Assembly (NCBI GenBank): GCA_038087875.1
Contig: CM075989.1
Coordinates: 2,480,001 to 2,544,000 of the forward strand
DNA length: 64,000 bases
Origin: Malacoraja senta
Lineage: Eukaryota
Direction of reading: 5' to 3'
How positions within the stretch are numbered: position 1 is the first letter of the stretch; each line of letters opens with the position of its first letter. A program made the position numbers and the translations under genes. Of the stretch, positions 60,013-64,000 are shown piece by piece. Below the pieces are notes generated by a model. That model saw only the letters and a list, made by a program, of their open reading frames with translations, searched no databases and was not told the origin of the DNA.

Positions 60013-61059
60013 CCGCTCAAGTCATGACTCTCTGAATGAAAGGAGTATGTCACTCAGACCCTACTGCCCGCCCCTCTATTCAACAAGATCATGGCTGACC
60101 TTTTAACTCAGTATTAACTTTCTTGCAACTACCCTTTACAGCTTGCTCTGCCATAACACATGTTTCCATAACACAAATTAGCTATAACGTGAGTGCAGAA
60201 TTAGGAAACACCATTTTCATTAGGCAGGCTGAATTGGTTATAACGAGATTTTGATCAGGAGCGAGAGAATCACTTAAAAGTTACTTCGGAAATTGACAAG
60301 CAGAAATAAAAGCTTAATTGGAATGAAACAAAATGGAGGGTGAAGATTCTGCTTCCCTGCAACCTCCCTGCAGTACTTGGAGACCACAGGTGGACACAAA
60401 ATGCTGGAGTAACTCAGCGGGACAGGCAACATCTATGGGTAGAAGAAATGGGTGACGTTACCCATCCCCTTCAGTTCCTTCACCCTCGACTGCAAACATC
60501 ACCCATTCCTTCTCTCCAGAGATGCTGCCTGTCCCGTTGGGTTACTCCAGCATTTTGTGTCTATCTTCGGTATAACCCAGCAGTTCCCTCCTACACGTAG
60601 GTATAATGGTATAAGAACACTTTAACCATGGGTGGCCATTAAAACTGACAAACAATCGCTTCTATCACAAAATGTTCTATAGCACGCAACTATTGTGAAA
60701 CAGCGGAACTACTTTTCAGCTTCAGGTTTATTATTCTCCCTCCTGCTGAGCTACAATGAAAAGCTTAGTTATTCATGCTTTGCAATCAAATCAGATAAGA
60801 CAATACATAAATACAATCAAGCCAAACTCGCACAATAGGTCGAGCGAAGGGGAAAGCACAGAGTGCAGGATAGAGTTCAGTATTGAAGCAGATCAATTCC
60901 AGAGTCCAATGTACACTATGAGAAAGAACGAGGAGAATCAGACAGAATGTAGGAACAAAAACCTGCCGATCTGAAGGAGGGACCTGAACCGAAACATCAC
61001 CCATCCTTTTTCTCCAGAGCTGCTGCCCGATCCGCTGAGTTACTCCAGCACTTTGTGTC

Positions 61060-61410
61060 TATCTTTAGTATCAGACAGTACCCTAGCTTATGGACGGACC
61101 ATTCAGAAGCCTGACAACAAAAGGGGAAGAAGCTATTCCTGAGTCTCATGGTGTGCAAACGTTTGTAGCTTCTGCCTGATGAGTGCGGGGAGACAAAGGA
61201 ATGGCGGTTGTGGACGTCTTTGATTATGTTGCTCCTTTTCCCAAGCAGCTTGAAGTGTAGATGCAGTCAATGGCGGGATGTCTGGTCTGTGTCACGGGCT
61301 GCGCTGCAAATTCTTGCAGTCTCAGGCCGAGCTGTTCCCAAACCAACCCGACAATCTGCTTTCTATGGTGCATCTGTAGAGCTTTTGCAAGAGTCATTGG
61401 AGACAAGCCT
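61060..61410 (-). mobile_element. Rex1-like LINE 3' fragment (diverged)
   Basis: Degenerate WFGNSS...IYTSSC...NSFFP motifs on the minus strand. Confidence 0.6.
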
Positions 61411-61459
61411 GTATCTCTTCATTCCCTTAATACTTCAATATTTATTCATCTTTTTTTTA

Positions 61460-61760
61460 GTTTAATTTTAGTTTCAGAGATACAGCAGGGAAACAGGCCC
61501 TTCGACCCACCGAGTCCGCACCGACCAGCGATCCCCGCACATTATACACTACCCTGCACGCACTAGCGATCATTTTATATTTATTAACCTACAAACCTGT
61601 TCGTCTTTGGAGTGTGGGAGGAAACAAAAAGATCTCTGAGAAAACTCACGCCGGTCACATGGAGAACGTACAAACTTCGTACAGACAGTGCCCGTAGTCA
61701 GCGTTGAGCCTGGGTCTCTGGGGCTGTAAGGTTGCAACCCTACCGCTGCGCCACCACGCC
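61460..61760 (-). mobile_element. HE1/V-SINE-type SINE
   Basis: Reverse-complement head, V domain and tail. Confidence 0.85.
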
Positions 61761-62559
61761 ACCTCTGTCTTAAATATATTCAATGATTGAACTTCCACTG
61801 TCCTCTTAGGTAGTGAGTTCCAAAAATGTAGCAAATACATGTCTTTGTGTTTCTGTTCTAAATGTCCTGAGTTCGAAGCTGTGACCGCAAGCAGAAGAAA
61901 CATCAGCTGCCATCCTGTAAGAATATTGCACATTTCGACAAGATCATCTTTCAATTTTCTATACACGAGAGAATGCAGACCTAGTCTGCTTCATCTCCCT
62001 CGGTCTGACAAACCCATCATCCCAGAAATCAAACCGGTGAACCAGAACTGGAGTTCCTCGCATGTTTATGAAGTCTGGGGATTAGACACAACACTTCAAA
62101 TATAGTATGACCAGAGAATCTCTGCAAGTCATCTGGCAATAAAGGTTAACATATTCTTTGCTGCCTGACTCACTGAAATTCTCCCCAGCAGTTTGTTTTT
62201 TGCTCAAGATTTTTGAACTGCAGTCACTTGGGTCTCTTGTTAACATGTTAACCTTTTAGTGATTTGAGTACGAGGACATCCAGGTCCCTCTGAACCCCAA
62301 CTTTGATCAGTCGCTCACCATTAATAGAACACTACGCTGGTCTAATGTTTGTGTTTTGTAGTTCTGTCTTCATACACTGACTAGCTCTAGTAACATCACA
62401 CCCAGTCCAGACGTGACCAACACATAGATTAACTGTTGTGCTTCTGCCATCAGGCTATTAAACACTATAACTCCAAATAAGCTCTGAACTGCATGGACTT
62501 GGGGGCATTGGTTTTGTCTTTTTACACTATTATTGTTTGTTTGTTTGTTTTATGTGTGC

Positions 62560-62560
<1 letters not shown>

Positions 62561-62627
<67 letters not shown>

Positions 62628-62628
62628 G
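62561..62628. repeat. (TCTG)17 microsatellite
   Basis: Perfect tetranucleotide run. Confidence 0.97.
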
Positions 62629-63544
62629 CATAGTGTTAGTGTGCAGGGATCGCTGGTTGGTACGGACTCGGTGAGCCAAAGGACCTATTTCCACGCTGTA
62701 TCTCTAAACTCTGCAGAAGCACCTTATTGACAGTAAAGTGGTTGGTTACCCTTGGGAAAGCCGCTCGTAATATGTTCTACTGAAATGTAGCATTATTTCT
62801 CTCTACCGTGAGGTGCGTTCCATTGTGTTCGGCCTGCGTTGAATGTTTGGCTTGCAGTTTAACATCATTAGCAGTAATCATTCATTTCCATTAGGTGGGT
62901 CAATAACAAATCTGTTTAAGCGAATAAGAGGCAGCAGGGAATTGCAATGTGATAATCGCTCATGATTGCATTTTCCCACAGGTGAAGTGGGCAAATCGCT
63001 GATGCATAAAAACATAAACCAGTTCGGAAAGTTAATCAGTGGCTGCTTCTTAACACAGGAGACCACAAGTTGTAAGATCAATGTTAGATTAGATTTTGTA
63101 TTGCGAATACCTGAAATAACTAGGGAGTATCAGGTAACTAAAGGCTAATTACCACACTTAATGATAATGTTACAGAAGCAGGCATCATTTCCATTGGGGC
63201 CATCACAACTTCACTATTTTTTTAGCAACTGGTAGCTAATCATTTTAACTCCCCTTCCCATACCAGCCTTCTGTTGCTTGGCCTCCTCCATTGCCTTAGT
63301 GAGGTTACCGGTTGCTAACCATTTCAGTTAAGTTTAATATTGACACGTGTACTGAGGTACAGTGAAAAGCTTTTTGTTGCGTGCTATCCAGCCTGCAAAA
63401 AGGACTATACATGACAACAATCAAGCTGTCCACAGTGTACAGACACAGGATTTTAACGCCCCTCCCATTCCCTCGCTGAACTTTGGGCCTTGTACTCCTC
63501 CATTGACAGAATGAGGCCACATAACTGAAGGAACAGCACCTCGT

Positions 63545-63910
63545 GGGGGAAGGTGAGCAGTCGGAAGTAGTTGTGCATGTTGACCAAATGACGTGGATAA
63601 GAGGAGGAAGGAGGTTCTGCAACGTGAGTATAGAGAACAAGGCAGGAGGCTGAAGAGCAGGACTTCTAGGATGGTTATCTCTGGGTTGCTTCCAGTACCT
63701 CGTGCTAGTGAGGGTAGGAACAGGGAGATAGGGGATCTGAATGTGTGGCTGAGAGGTTGGTGCAGGGGGCAGGGATTTAGATTTCTAGATCACTGGAATC
63801 TCTTCTGGGGCAGGGGTGACCTGCACTAAAGGGACAGGTTGCACCTTAATTGGAAGGGGGCCGACATTCTGGCAGGCAGGTTTGCTACACGGGTGGATTT
63901 AAACTAAACA
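63545..63910 (+). mobile_element. CR1 ORF1 fragment (esterase/SGNH-like domain)
   Basis: EVVVHV..ND...VISGLLPVPRA...LNVWL..WC...GFRFLDHW...LHLN..G..ILAGRF. Confidence 0.85.
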
Positions 63911-64000
63911 GTGGGGGGTGGAGTCAACAACGTGGATGCGTGTGCGTGCAGTTTACGGGAAAGAGAGTGTAGGAAAGGTCACGTTTAAACTAACAGGGCA

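Overview
Eukaryotic, non-genic-looking DNA from a cartilaginous fish, most likely a skate or ray. This is inferred from the HE1/V-SINE-type tRNA SINEs sharing a 3' tail with CR1 LINEs. I recognise no host protein-coding exon, rRNA, tRNA gene or CRISPR array, so the window reads as a large intron or intergenic region. Well over half of it is transposon-derived: about 20 HE1-type SINEs, many CR1 fragments (one spanning nearly all of ORF2, 49759-53350), Rex1/Babar fragments, one Vingi/Ingi-like and one L2-like 3' end, four palindromic Harbinger-like MITEs, and Penelope-like remnants with a GIY-YIG endonuclease. There are also micro/minisatellites and a 200-N assembly gap (19408-19607). The most notable signal is a family of roughly 40 short (100-400 bp) Penelope-terminus-derived insertions. 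They carry a minimal hammerhead-ribozyme core (CTGANGA-A-GGGT-N4-RCCC-GAAA-CG-TY), often form fold-backs joined at the ribozyme, are flanked by 11-16 bp target-site duplications, and sometimes copy neighbouring host DNA. Nearly all listed ORFs are TE fragments or repeat artefacts. Coordinates were read by eye, so repeat edges are approximate.
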